DNA of 64,000 nt from Octopus vulgaris (Eukaryota). Numbering within the stretch: the stretch's first letter is position 1; every line of letters starts with the position of its first letter. The DNA is taken from positions 166,656,001-166,720,000 of the forward strand of contig OX597817.1 in the NCBI GenBank assembly GCA_951406725.2, written 5' to 3'. A program made the translations under genes and the position numbers. The notes beneath the pieces are model-generated. The model was not told where the DNA came from. It saw nothing but the letters and a program-made list of their open reading frames with translations, and ran no database searches. Shown here one piece after another: positions 1-17,691 of this stretch.

Positions 1-5170
<5,170 letters not shown>

Positions 5171-5179
5171 TGTAGTACT

Positions 5180-5205
5180 CTGTAAAAGAAAACAAAATAA
5201 AAGTC
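5180..5205 (-). other. Splice acceptor 9 nt upstream of the LRR ATG, implying an upstream non-coding exon
   Basis: Minus strand reads ttttattttgttttcttttacAG|agtactacaATG. Confidence 0.8.
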
Positions 5206-5374
5206 AGTTGAGGTATAAATAGCGAACAGAAAATTAGTTTTGTGACTTATATGAATAAAACTTTTTGTTGTAACGCCAATAATATATGATAAGTCATTAC
5301 GCCAATAATTAACACATGCACTGGTTCTATTTCACTTCCTTTATAATAACAACAACAACAACAACAACAACAAC

Positions 5375-5420
<46 letters not shown>

Positions 5421-5840
5421 GTGCGGCTATGACATCGAGAATTGGAAGCCGGACATAGTCTTAATTGAGAAAGAAAACAAACGATGCTGGATCATAGATA
5501 TAGCATGCCCAGCTGACAACAAGGTATGCGATAAGGAAGAAAGAAAAGTCGAGAAATATGAAAGGCTAGCTTGGGAAGTTATGCAGTTGTGGTCGATGAA
5601 AAAGGTAACAGTAGTACCAATAATTGTCGGAGCCCTGGGAACAGTGAGCAAAAATCTCGAGAAGTACGTAGAACAAATAGGGGCTGCAATAAGGTTGGAG
5701 TACTTGCAGTAAACAGCACTGCTTGGAACCGCTCGAATACTCCGGAAGGTGCTCGAAAAGTAAGAGTTGTTGCCTTAGTTCACTAGTAGTGAACAGCTAA
5801 CCCTGTAGTACATCTCCAGCGTTAGAAGCTGTGCAAAGGC
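5421..5840 (+). mobile_element. 3' fragment of Dong/R4-like non-LTR retrotransposon (restriction-like endonuclease) inside (AAT)n
   Basis: Reads KPDIVLIEKENKRCWIIDIACP...KVEKYERL...VPIIVGALG...LLGTARILRKVL with one in-frame stop; PD-(D/E)xK RLE motif; (AAT)n on both sides. Confidence 0.85.
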
Positions 5841-6420
5841 AATAATAATAATAATAATAATAATAATAATCCCTTCTACTTATAGGCATAAGACCTGAAA
5901 TTTTGAAGGAGGAGGTAAGTCGATTACATTGAGCCCCAGTGATTAACTGCTACTTATTTTATCGACCTCGAAAAGATGAAAGACGAAGTCGACCTCAACG
6001 GAATTTGAACTCAGAATGTAAAGTCGGACGAGATGCCGCTAAGCGTTTTGCCAGCTTGCTGCCATAATAATAATAATAATAATTATAATAATAATAAGGA
6101 GGAGAAGAAGGAGAAGAAGAAGAAGAAGAAGAAGAAGAAGAAGAAGAAGAAGAAGAAGAAGAAGAAGAAGAAGAAGAAGAAGAAGAAGAAGAAGAAGAAA
6201 AGTAAAATTGAACTGGTGCATGTGTTCACGATTGTCATAATGACCCTCCCAAGAGCAAAAAAGAAACGCAATCTGTTTCAACAGGAGTTTACATCAAGAA
6301 TCTTGCAAACCAGATACAAGAACAAGATATAAGAAAAAAATTTTTAATCCTGAGAAAGCATGAACTTCACCAGACTTCCAATTAAACGAAACAGAACAAA
6401 AAATGTTTGTATATATATAT

Positions 6421-6823
6421 ACTCTTTTACTCTTTTACTTGTTTCAGTAATTTGACTGCGGCCATGCTGGAGCACCGCCTTTAGTCGAGCAACTAGACCC
6501 AAGGACTTATTCTTTGTAAGCCCAGTACTTATTCTATCGGTCTCTTTTGCCGAACCGCTAAGTGACGGGGACATAAACACGCCAGCATCGGTTGTCAAAC
6601 ACAGGAGGACAAACACAGACACACAAACACACACACATACATATATATATATATACATATATACGACGGGCTTCTTTCAGTTTCCGTCTACCAAATCCAC
6701 TCACAAGGCATTGGTCGGCCCGAGGCTATAGTAGAAGACACTTGCCCAAGGTGCCACGCAGTGGGACTGAACCCTGAACCATGTGGTTGGTTAGCAAGCT
6801 ACTTACCACACAGCCACTCCTGC
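6421..6823 (-). mobile_element. tRNA-headed CORE-like SINE (family A), full length
   Basis: Head with A/B boxes (TGGCTGTGTGG...GGTTCAGTCCC), CORE-like GGCACCTTGGGCAAGT, internal (TA/CA)n and GTAAAAGA tail. Near-identical copies at 37468-37875, 42415-42820 and 44550-44985. Confidence 0.88.
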
Positions 6824-6880
<57 letters not shown>

Positions 6881-8269
6881 ATATATATATATATACATTT
6901 ATATATATATACATACATGGATGCATTAACGTACATTCACATTCATTATATATATATAAATGTGTATGTATGTAAATGAATTTGTGTATTATTGTTATTC
7001 ATTATGCAGTTTCACCTTTTTCACAGTGGACATGCAGTAGTGTAAAAAGTACCAATCCATGGATACAGAGACAGAAAGAAAAGCGGATACGAGCGGAGCG
7101 TGAGATGGCGCAGTGTGAATGCAGGATATGTAATCGGGTCTTTGCAGATTTTTCATTTATTTTTTTCATCAATAGACGTTGGAGCAGCTGTGTGGTAAGT
7201 AGCTTGCTTACCCGCGCATTCGTGTTGGCGTTTTGCTTCAACACTTGAACGAGGACATGAGCTAGTGCGCTCAGTCCTAAAACTGATAATTAAGAAGTCC
7301 GTTGAGGTAGGTGATTTTGTTTGTTTTGAGTTGGGCGTGATGTATTGTTTTGGAATTTTTTTCAGTAAATTTCGCCCAGCTCTGGGATAATTTCGCCTGT
7401 TCTCGGCGGCTATTGTGATTTTTGCTTGTTGAAAAAATGTTGAAAAATGTCGAAAGAAACGTCGCTAAGCATTTTGTCCTGCGTGCTAACTAGTCTACAA
7501 ATTCGCTGCCTTTGAGAAGGTAAATATTGGGTTCGAGTGTTGGCACAAGGTCAGAAATTTGAGGGGAGAGAGCAAGTCCATTACACCGACTTCCAGTGAA
7601 CAACTGGTATTTCTTTTATCGATCACGAAATGATGAAAGTCAAAGTCGACCTTGACGGAATTTGAACTCAGAACGTAAAGGTAGACGAAATACTGCTAAG
7701 CTTTTTACCTGGCGCGCTAACGATCTTGTCAGCTCACCGTCTTTGAGAAAGTAAATATCGGTTTCAAATTTTGACACTATATTAGTTTATAGAGTAGCTG
7801 AGAGTGAAGGGACAAATAACTAAAACAAATATAAAGAAAATCAGTGACAATAATGAAAAAGATGAAGCTATGCCTACTTCAGGAACCCAAAAGAATCTAA
7901 GTTGCATCATGGGTGGAGGACTGCTTCATTAAATGAATTTCTCAAAACACCATTATTATGAAAATGACAGCCCCAATGAAAACTTAAATCAAAAGAAGAG
8001 ATATGAAAAGGAATTTCAGGAAATTTTTGCGGCGATATATGATTGGCTTAATTGTTTTCAAAACTCGTACAAGAATTTATATTGCAGGTATGCTGAAAAT
8101 GTATTAAAAATAATTTTGAAATCAATAATTAAAGAAGAGTTTATGGGGATTAGCAAATATTCAATGATAAAGCAGAACTTTTCTTCGAGAAATATTTTTA
8201 ATAAGGGAAGAGAAATTTGAATCTAAAATGCTGAAAGGTCGTTTGTCGAGAGAAAACAAATTACTTGAA

Positions 8270-8490
8270 TGTTATTGCGCACTGTGTCCCAGAGCTTTTA
8301 ATGGCTGAGCTTTCTAACAAGCAAGCATGGTCGTAATGGTCGACTTAAGTGAATGCTGCCATAATCCTTGCCTTCAGTTCATCTTTAGTGTCACAAGGAG
8401 TTTTGTTGGTCTCTCACTCAACTGCGACACACACCCTTAATAATGAAGTGGGTTGCAGTTTGTGGAGTTAGTTTGCAAAATGTTTTGTTT
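8270..8490 (-). mobile_element. Tc1/mariner transposase C-terminal relic
   Basis: Minus strand approximates P(N)CNP..Y...VERETNKTPCDTKDELKARIMAAF. Confidence 0.6.
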
Positions 8491-8702
8491 GCCAGTTTTT
8501 TTGTGTGGCGCAGTTGAGCGAGAGACCAACAAAACTATATATATATATATTGCATTGAACTTAATAGTTTGTACTTAAATATGGAAGTCATATTTTCCAC
8601 TCGAACACGGGATCCCGATTACAACCCTTGGACTAAGAGTAATTGACGCTTTAAAAGTATATTCTTCACAAGTAAATTGTACACAGGCAATTAAAGCTAC
8701 AA

Positions 8703-8754
<52 letters not shown>

Positions 8755-8989
8755 TTTTATTTCTTTCGTCGTTTCAGCCATGCGGCTGCGATCATGTTGG
8801 ACCACTAACATGATTTCGTACTTTTACACACCGTTCTTCTTTGGATAATTTACTCTGGGTGGTGGCATTTCATATCACCACTTCTACTTGTTACTTTTTT
8901 CCCTTGGTTGTTGGCCTATTTGGTGTACGAGGGAGTTTAAGACTGCTTTCCTCATCTGTACCTCATGCCAGACCGTTGGTTCATCCGGT

Positions 8990-10190
8990 ATTGTGGAGAG
9001 GAGAACGCCCAGTTGCTTTTTGAAGACATCTACGTTCGCACTGTCTAGGTTTTAAAATTAATTTTGGTAGGGCGTTGAAGCGCTGCGGGCTTTTGAACCC
9101 TAATCTATTGCAGTGTCTGGTCCTGACTTTAGATGAGAAGGACAGTATCTTTGGTACAATGCTATGGCGTTCAGTTTGGGCATTTGTATAACATGCGATG
9201 CCGAAATTAGGTACTATTCCTTCCAGAATTTTCCATATGTAGATTATTACGCATCCATCACAACTTCGTTCCTGGGTGTAAACCGTTGTTTTAACAGCCC
9301 CTCCCTGTAGTTCATCTGCTACACTGTTACAACCTTTTTAGTGGAGCGACGTTGGGTCACTTCAAGCTCCGATGTTAGTTTGGTGCTGTGCGGTGACCAT
9401 AGCTGAGAGCAGTAGTTGAAGGTTCTCCACTGAATCAACATGATTTCTTGGTCTTTTTTCGTGAAGGACCTTAGCATCCATCCTGCCAGTTGCCTTCTTG
9501 GTAATGCGCATATGAAATGATGCATGTACTGATCCCCAAGTCTCTCACTGTTTGTGACTGGTTGCAGTACCTTCATATCCTGTATGCTGGCTGCATAGCA
9601 TTTGTGAGCCGATAGCACAGTTCTTGAAATTTTCCAACATTAGACTGCATGTCATTTTCTTCTCCCCACTTTATATTGCATTTAGATCCCGCTGTAAAAT
9701 TGTACATGATCTGAGTTCTTTATTGCTTGTGATAATTTTGTATTATCGGCATAGCTAGTGATAGTGGCTATTTGAGTGACTATGGACATCTCTAATGGAG
9801 CATTTACAAGCAGCAATAGCCCCAAGAGTGTTCCCTGGCAGACGCCACTCAGGATTTGTGTTTCTTCAGAAAGGGCACCATTAGCCGCAATTACCTGACT
9901 GTTATCCTTTAGGAAGTCATGAAGCCACTCCCCCAGTTTACCAGTAATGCCCAGGTTTCGCCGCTTGTGACGTATCAGGCCATGATCAACCTTATCAAAC
10001 GCTTTTGCGAAGTCAATATATGTTACATTGACATCTGAATGGTTAAGCAGCTGCATCAAAATCCAGTCATAGCGTCGTAAGAGTTGTTTGAGGCAGGTGC
10101 TTCCCAGACGGAAGCCATGCTGTGTATCGTTCAAGAAGTCGTTTTCTTCTACGTAGGTCATCAGTTTCATTCTGACAATTCGTTCCAATA
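8990..10190 (-). mobile_element. 5'-truncated, degraded CR1-group LINE reverse transcriptase
   Basis: ORF 9682-10188 has QHGFR, YIDFAKAFDKVDH, SGVCQGTLLG and YADNTKL. Downstream ORF 9319-9618 has YCSQLWSPH...LEVTQRR. Confidence 0.92.
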
Positions 10191-10301
10191 CTTTTTCCTC
10201 CTCCTCATAATCCTCAAAATTGAATTCCTCTGGAGGGAGTATGATAAGTCTGATAACAAACCTTGGAAAAAGCCCTGGTTCTGGTAGTAAGCGGTGCCTA
10301 G

Positions 10302-10338
10302 TATATATATTTGGGTGGTACCAGCGACAGCGTCATTC
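10302..10338 (+). promoter_or_regulatory. TATA box plus Inr-like TCATTC (putative relic viral promoter)
   Basis: TATATATA 10302-10309 and TCATTC 10333-10338, ~30 nt apart, just after a short frame ending in a double stop (PWKKPWFW**). Confidence 0.4.
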
Positions 10339-10379
10339 TGACTTTTTCAAACAAAAAAAAAAAATTTCGAAGACAGCTG

Positions 10380-10755
10380 CCGGACAAAATGCTCTGTGGT
10401 ATTTCTTCCGGCGAGCTGGCAGAAACGTTAGCACGCCGGGCGAAATGCTTAGCGGTATTTCGTCTGCCGCTACGTTCTGAGTTCACATTCCGCCGAGGTC
10501 GACTTTGCCTTTCATCCTTTCGGGTCGATTAAATGAATACCAGTTACGCACTGGGGTCGATATAATCGACTTAATCCGTTTGTCTGTCCTTGTTTGTCCC
10601 TCTGTGTTTAGCCCTTGTGGGTAGTAAAGAAATAGGTATTTCTTCCGGCTTTACGTTCTGAGTTCAAATTCTGCCGAGGTCGACTTTGACTTTCATCCTT
10701 TCGGGGTCGATAAAATAAATACCAATGGAGCAGTGAGGTCGATGAAATCGACTTG
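10380..10755 (+). mobile_element. Family B SINE dimer segment; near-identical local copy of 12764-13140
   Basis: Shares the chimeric start ccggacaaaatgctctgtggtatttcttccggcgagctggcag and private variants (ttcacattcc, aaatgaatacc, ccaatggagcagtgagg) with the 12.8-kb copy. Confidence 0.88.
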
Positions 10756-11145
10756 TTCCCTCCTTCAGGATATAAATTTCTCGGACCGGGAACACACATA
10801 TTCAGCAAACTACAAGAAGAACCAATTAACGAACTTGATCTCATTGCCTATGTCTACGACTTACACTACACCGATCCTTATAAAGAAAATTGGGAAGCAG
10901 ATCAACAATTCATTCGTGACGCTTCGAAACAAGGCCCGCTCGGAATCTTATCAGCAGGAGCTATATACGCTAAACACGCTCTTGGATTCGATTCAATCTT
11001 CAGACCACAAACTTCAGACAGTTATAACAGTCTTTTTCCTCCTCCTCATAATCCTCAAAATATGGCGGACAACGCAAAAAACAGCGAATCAGTACCATCG
11101 GCACCGACACACCAAAAGTCAGAGAAATTGAAATGTAGTTTTTAG
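10753..11145 (+). pseudogene. Endogenous viral element: parvovirus/densovirus VP1u-type (or Polinton/adintovirus PLA2X-type) phospholipase A2 domain
   Basis: PSGYKFLGPGT (Ca-binding loop), EPINELDLIAYVYDLHY (DxxAxxHDxxY with H->Y) and EADQQFI, followed by an in-frame ATG at 11062 (MADNAKNSES...). Confidence 0.82.
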
Positions 11146-11276
11146 CATCTTCACTGATCCTACTTTTATGGATAGGTGTAAAACAACTTTTGTTTGGAAG
11201 TTTACCAATTCAAAGAAAACATAAACATAAGTGTGTGTGTACGCGTGTATATGTGTACGTATGCATGTGTGTGTGT

Positions 11277-11322
<46 letters not shown>

Positions 11323-12529
11323 ATGCGTACTTTTACTTGATTATCATGTCTCAGCCTTCTCCATTTAATATGTTAACACCCATTTTCTATACAGTACATC
11401 AAGTTATTGTTTCTGTTGTTTAGTCTTAGAGTAATTCTGAACCAATAGATCGATGATTAAGTGCTTTACTGCTGAGCCCTTCTATAATATGTTGCCGTTG
11501 GTTCCATCAACTATATATATTTGCTTTACATTAAGTGACCTTGTACTAATATAAGAAATCAATGTTTTTCTTTCCTTTCTGTATTCGTCAAGGAAATACA
11601 GAAAGCAAACGCTTGATACGATGTTTCTGCATTACGGTTTCAATCCCTGATGTCATTAATGGTTTCAAATTTTGGTACAAGGCCGCCAATGTTGGGGAGG
11701 GTGGGTGGGGCGGAAGTTAATTGCATCGACTCTGTGACCGACTGGTATTTATTTTATCCTTTCTGGATAAAAGGCAAAATCGACCACACCGGAATTTGAA
11801 CTCAGGCAACCCAACCAGAAATGAGTAAATGAGTACTGTCCCCTTTCTCTTTCTGTCAGAACCTCGATGTTCCGCTGGGTCAATGATGGGAAAGCAAATA
11901 GTGTGTTCTATGAAGAAACAAGATATTATCTGCTCGCCGCTTTATAGCGAAAGCGTGATGAATGGTATCAAACCATGCTTGCTTGCGAGTGACATCTATG
12001 GTCACTAGAAATAATACAGAGAGGAAATGAGGGAAAAGAGAGGCCGAGAGAAAGAAAGGGCAGAGAGACATTGAAGAGTGAGTGAGTGAGTGAGTGAAAG
12101 TTGAGCAAGCAAAGGAGAGAGAAGTGCGCTTGTGCTTGCACAGACGAATACACATACAGATCAAAATCATATGCTCCACTAATTTTGTATTGATAGAAGC
12201 CAGAGCATCTCATATTAATGTTGGCGCAGTGAAATTGCCTCATGTTTATTTTCTATTGTTGTTTTTATGTTTGTGTCCGAATTCATTTCCCGTTGCTAAA
12301 ACATTCCCATCGCATGTCCATCATAACAAAAATATACAATAGCCTCCAGAGACACATAAATATAAAGCATTTAACTATATAAGCAGGACAAGCATCATAC
12401 ATAATAAAACCAGCAATGCATACAGTACGCATGCATGATGTATGATGGATCTTCTGTCAGCTTTTGCAAACAGCGTTTCAGTTGTTCGATGAACAGAAAT
12501 ATGTATACATTGTATTATAGTGTTAGTGT

Positions 12530-13290
12530 CAAGGCGGTGTACTGGCAGAATCGTTAGCACACAGGCATTTCGTCCGTCTTCACGTTCTGAGTTCAAATTC
12601 CGCCGAGTTCGACTTTGCCTTTCATCCTTTCGAGGTCGATAAAATAATGGTCAATCAAACATTGGGGTCATCGATTTGCAATCGTCTAGTCCCCTACTCC
12701 AAAATTTCAGTCTTGTGCCTATAGTAAGAAGGATCATTATTAAAGCAGCGAATATTTAGCTCACCGGACAAAATGCTCTGTGGTATTTCTTCCGGCGAGC
12801 TGGCAGAAACGTTAGCACGCCGGGCGAAATGCTTAGCGGTATTTCGTCTGCCGCTACGTTCTGAGTTCACATTCCGCCGAGGTCGACTTTGCCTTTCATC
12901 CTTTCGGGGTCGATTAAATGAATACCAGTTACGCACTGGGGTCGATATAATCGACTTAATCCGTTTGTCTGTCCTTGTTTGTCCCCTCTGTGTTTAGCCC
13001 CTTGTGGGTAGTAAAGAAATAGGTATTTCTTCCGGCTTTACGTTCTGAGTTCAAATTCTGCCGAGGTCGACTTTGACTTTCATCCTTTCGGGGTCGATAA
13101 AATAAATACCAATGGAGCAGTGAGGTCGATGAAATCGATTTGTCCCTTCCTTCATAATTGCTGGCCTTGTGTCAACTCTTGAAACCATTATAGTGTTAGC
13201 GTTAAGGCATGAGCTGGCAGAATCGTTAGTTAGTCGGACAAAATGCTTATCGACATTTCGTCCGTCTTTACGTTCTGAGTTCAAATTGTT
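12530..13290 (+). mobile_element. Cluster of family B SINEs (tRNA-like head plus conserved central domain)
   Basis: Repeated units GGCGAGCTGGCAGAA...GAGTTCAAATTCC...GCCTTTCATCCTTTCGGGGTCGAT...AGTACCAG. The central motif resembles, from memory, the Meta/MESC SINE domain. Confidence 0.85.
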
Positions 13291-14419
13291 ATATATATAT
13301 ATAAAAAAAAAACATAACATAATCATAGTTCCAAATTTTGGCATAGAGCTACTAATTTCATGGGAAGTGTGTAGTCAGTTACAACGCCCCACGGCACAAC
13401 TGATACTTATTTTATCGGTCTTAAAAGGACGAAAGGCAAAGTCGACCTCGGGAGAATTTCAACAACCAGAAGAAACGCTGCTTTCATTTTGTCTGATGCG
13501 TTTTCGATTCCGCTAAAAGAAAGCAGGAAATAAAATAAAATAAAGAAGAAATTCATAATGGAAATCAAAAATAAGGTTGCGAAATTCGAACACCAAAAGT
13601 ATTGTAACCTCGACCGGTCGATAACATCTAAAGCAAATATTTAGATACAAGTGCTGTATTATACAAATCCTTCATCTCAGAGATAATTGTACGTCCCTGT
13701 ATAAATCACATGAGCGCGGGGCATAAAATTAATAGAAAATTGATATTAATATTTTGTATCTGTCTATTTCCTCATGTATTTTAAGTGCTTTTTCCTACAT
13801 ATTTATAAGATTATATTATATGCATTCACTATCTATTGATCAAGCTGTGTATTACTACAATATAGGTATATATATATATAATGAAATCACCCGTCGAAGA
13901 TGACGTATAAGTGTTCAGTTTTTTTTCTTTTCATTTTATGGGAGTGCACAAATGATTTGTTTATTGTGATCAAATGTATGTACTGAAAAATTAACCCATT
14001 CCCACAATAAGTTTGACGATGCCTGAACAAATGCATGGTGTACCACACGTCAGGTGTCGAAGTGATTGCAGGGAAACACGAGATTGTTTTGCTCAAGAAC
14101 ACCACGTACCACTCGGTCTAGGAATTGAAACCATGATGCAACACAGTTACACTGATCCCGAAACCGTGTGGTCAAGAAGCAAATTTCTTCCCGTACAGTT
14201 GTACTTGTGACTATAATTGGTTAAAGTTTTCAAGCTCATTTCATGCATCATATCAAATTCTTTCATGGTAATTATCTTCATTCGTTGTTCAATTATTCGA
14301 CTATTCGATTACCTGCGTTTTCATATTTAAACTGATTAATCTCATTAAGAAAGTCATAAACAGTTAATTCTTTAGAATGTGATTCAAGCAAAACACGAAT
14401 ATTTGTTTCGGTTGTTCTT

Positions 14420-14997
14420 TTGTCCTCTAGGCACAAGGCCCGAAATTTTTGGGGAAAGGGCCAGTCGATTAGATCGACCCCAGTACACAATTCGTATTTA
14501 ATTTATTGACTCCGAAAGGATGAAAGGCAAAGGCGACTTCGGCGGAATTTGAACTCAGAACGTAGCGGCAGACGAAATACCTATTTCTTTACTATCCACG
14601 AGGGGCTAAACACAGAGAGGACAAACAAGGAGAGACAAACGGATTAAGTCGATTACATCGACCCCAGTGCATAACTGGTACTTAATTTATCGATCCCGAA
14701 AGGATGAAAGGCAAAGGCGACTTCGGCGGAATTTGAACTCAGAACGTAGCGGCAGACGAAATACCTGTTTCTTTACTATCCACAAAGGGCTAAACACAGA
14801 GAGGACAAACAAGAAAAGACAAACGGATTAAGTCGATTACATCGACCCCAGTGTGTAACTGGTACTTATTTAATCGACCCCGAAAGGATGAAAGGCAAAG
14901 TGGACCTCGGCGGAATTTAAACTCAGAACGTAGCGGCAGACGAAATACCGCTAAGCATTTCGCCCGGCGTGCTAACGTTTCTGCCAGCTCGCCGCCT
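14420..14997 (-). mobile_element. Family B SINE trimer
   Basis: Three head-to-tail ~180-bp units. Confidence 0.85.
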
Positions 14998-15448
14998 TTA
15001 ATATTTGTTTCCCTTGTTCATCGATGTCTTTCCTCTAACGTTAGCTATTTCTTCAATAACTTCAATCGTTTTCTAATTTATGGTGAAGGTCAGAGCATTC
15101 GTTAACAAGTTTGTGACCACACAACCATGCTTGCACGTAATACGATTACTTTGCAACCGCATGGTTTCGAGTTCTATCCCGCTATGCAGTATATTGGGCA
15201 AGTGTATTCTATTATAGTGTTGGGCTGATCAATTCTCTGTGAATTAATTTTGTAAGCGGAAAAAGTGGAAACCCATCGTGTACACACACACACACACACA
15301 CGTGTGTGTGTATACTACCATCGCTTAACAATCGGTGTTGATTTGTTTTCGCCCCTGTAACATTAGCGGTTTTGCAAAAGTGACTGGTAGAACAAGTACC
15401 AGACTTTAATATGTATCGGGGTCATATATATATGAGTGTGTGTGTGTG

Positions 15449-16318
15449 TACAGGGTGGGTGGAAAGTAACTAGGTATTAGAAATTGTTTATAGAAGTTTT
15501 AGTATCACTGAAATCATGACAAACATTTTTTAAACAGACGACATTAATGGGGATTTTTTAAAATTTTTTCATTGTCTTATTTCTTATTTTCCAGATAGCT
15601 GATTGCATGACAGTTCAGGAGCGAGCTAAGATAGCAGCACGCTATGAAGAGTGGGATTCTATTGCTTTGGTTCAGAGATGGTGGCGTGCATGGAAAGGTA
15701 AGCATGCAACACTACGTCCAGAGACAATAAAAAATTGTCATGCAAGGCTGATGACCACGGGAAGTGTGAACGATACAAGAAGTTGCCGTCCAACTCCATC
15801 CCGATCAGCGGAGAATGTGGCAACAGTGCAGGAAATGTTTAATCGCAGCTCGTGAAAGTGGACTAACAAGACACACAACACATAGAGTGTTGCATAAAGA
15901 ATTGTATTTTCATCCGTGGAAACCCCATTACGTAAGGAGCTAAAACCTGAAAACTGTGAGCGGAGAATGGAATGGAATATGGAATGGCTTCCAAGAAGTC
16001 CAGATCTCATTCCATATGATTTTTATCTGTAGGGTTACACAAAAGAGGTTACAAGGTAAACCTCGCACACTGGATGACTTGGATTTAGGAAGTTCTCAAT
16101 GATATCCCAGACTACGTCCTTCAGAAGATTGTTCATTCCATCCCTGGCCGTTTGAGGAAACTGGTTGAGGCCACGGGTGCTTACATTGAAATATGAAGAT
16201 TTACTTTCATTTTTTCATGTAATAAAGAACATGTATCATTTGTTTCAATAAATTTGTAAAAGGAATATGGATTTGTTTTGCCAATTTTTAATGCCTGTTT
16301 ACTCCCCCCCCACCATAT
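15449..16318 (+). mobile_element. Internally deleted Tc1/mariner-superfamily transposon
   Basis: TA|CAGGGTGG left end and degenerate right TIR; N-terminal HTH-like ORF 15607-15855; WLPRSPDLIPYDFYL motif at ~15985-16030. Confidence 0.8.
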
Positions 16319-16340
16319 ATATATATGCATACATACATAC

Positions 16341-16415
<75 letters not shown>

Positions 16416-16977
16416 TGCGAAATGCACATGAAATCACCCTACAATTTCATCGAAAGAATTATGAAACGAATAATGTAGTTATGGACTCATTTTCTTGAAA
16501 AAAAATCCTTATGATCACGGTTGGAACATTTTGGCTCATAGATCTTATCGATTAGAAATCCATTGATTAAAACACCAGTATAATTAACTGCTACTAGTTT
16601 TATTGACGCCGACGAGAATTTGGATTTATAAATTAAAGGCTGTCATAAAACACATCAATACATTTGGCTTAGTATTTTCCAGTTTCTGACACTCAACTAC
16701 TATTAATAGAGTAAAAGTATTACAATATTGTTAACAGAAAGAATGCATTGTAAAACAGAGTAATAGCGTTTAAGCGACATTAGCAAAATACTAGTTTTTA
16801 AACGAGGTACCCGAGCATCAGTCTCGAGAGAATGGGTTAGTCAGGTTATAGTCAATAAAGAGATGAACACGTTACTAGTAAATATTTTATCAACTCCGGG
16901 AGAGACGATGGCAAAGTTTGATCCTCTAATTTGAATTGGGAGTTTTTAAGGAGCGCAAGTAAATGCTATGTTTCTCC

Positions 16978-17195
16978 TAGCCCTTTATTTACTGTATTTA
17001 TTTTGAAATGCTCTGTATTTGTTTCAATTACTTTAAATATAACAAAGAATTTAGTAAAATAACTTAGTTATCATTCAGCTAGTGTTAGGAACATAAATTG
17101 TGACTAAGGTTTGGTGGAAGATTTTAATTCAAAATTTATGAAAACAAGACTTAGAGCCAGAGCCGGTTTCAGCCGGGTTGGTAACGAAAGGGCTA
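16978..17195. mobile_element. piggyBac-like MITE relic
   Basis: CCCTTT...AAAGGG termini. The same end (TTAA|CCCTTTCGTTACC) occurs at 23045. Confidence 0.45.
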
Positions 17196-17691
17196 GATCA
17201 ACAAGCCTTCGTTTCTGTAGCTTCACCGAATGAAGGGAACATGACCTGCTTAGCAATTTCAGCCAGATCTCCTTGAAATCATGTGATTTCGTTGGCAAAG
17301 TGCCGTCTATTATGAATGCTCTTAGTCTAGGAAACTTCCTTTTCTGTCACTTCTGCATTCAAGGACCTTGCTCTGCTTTGAAATTGCAGCCAAATCATAT
17401 GACGTCTTTGGTAAAGCACCGGCTGTTTTTAAAGGCGCTTTTTCAAGTACTGTGGAGTGGAAACGCCCTCAGAATCAAACTGTGAAAAGAAACTTTTTAA
17501 CCACACATCCATGTCTGCACCTATATATGTACAACTTGAAGTAGAAGTCGAAACTGCATTATGAATTTCACTCACTACACACACACACGCACAAAAACAC
17601 CGCACACACACACCACACACACACACACATGCACACACACATACATACACACATACACACACACACATCTATATAAGTGTGTTACTTGTTG

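Noticed and set aside
7933-8220. 95-aa ORF
   Set aside because: Possibly a hAT-like transposase remnant, but no motif I can support.
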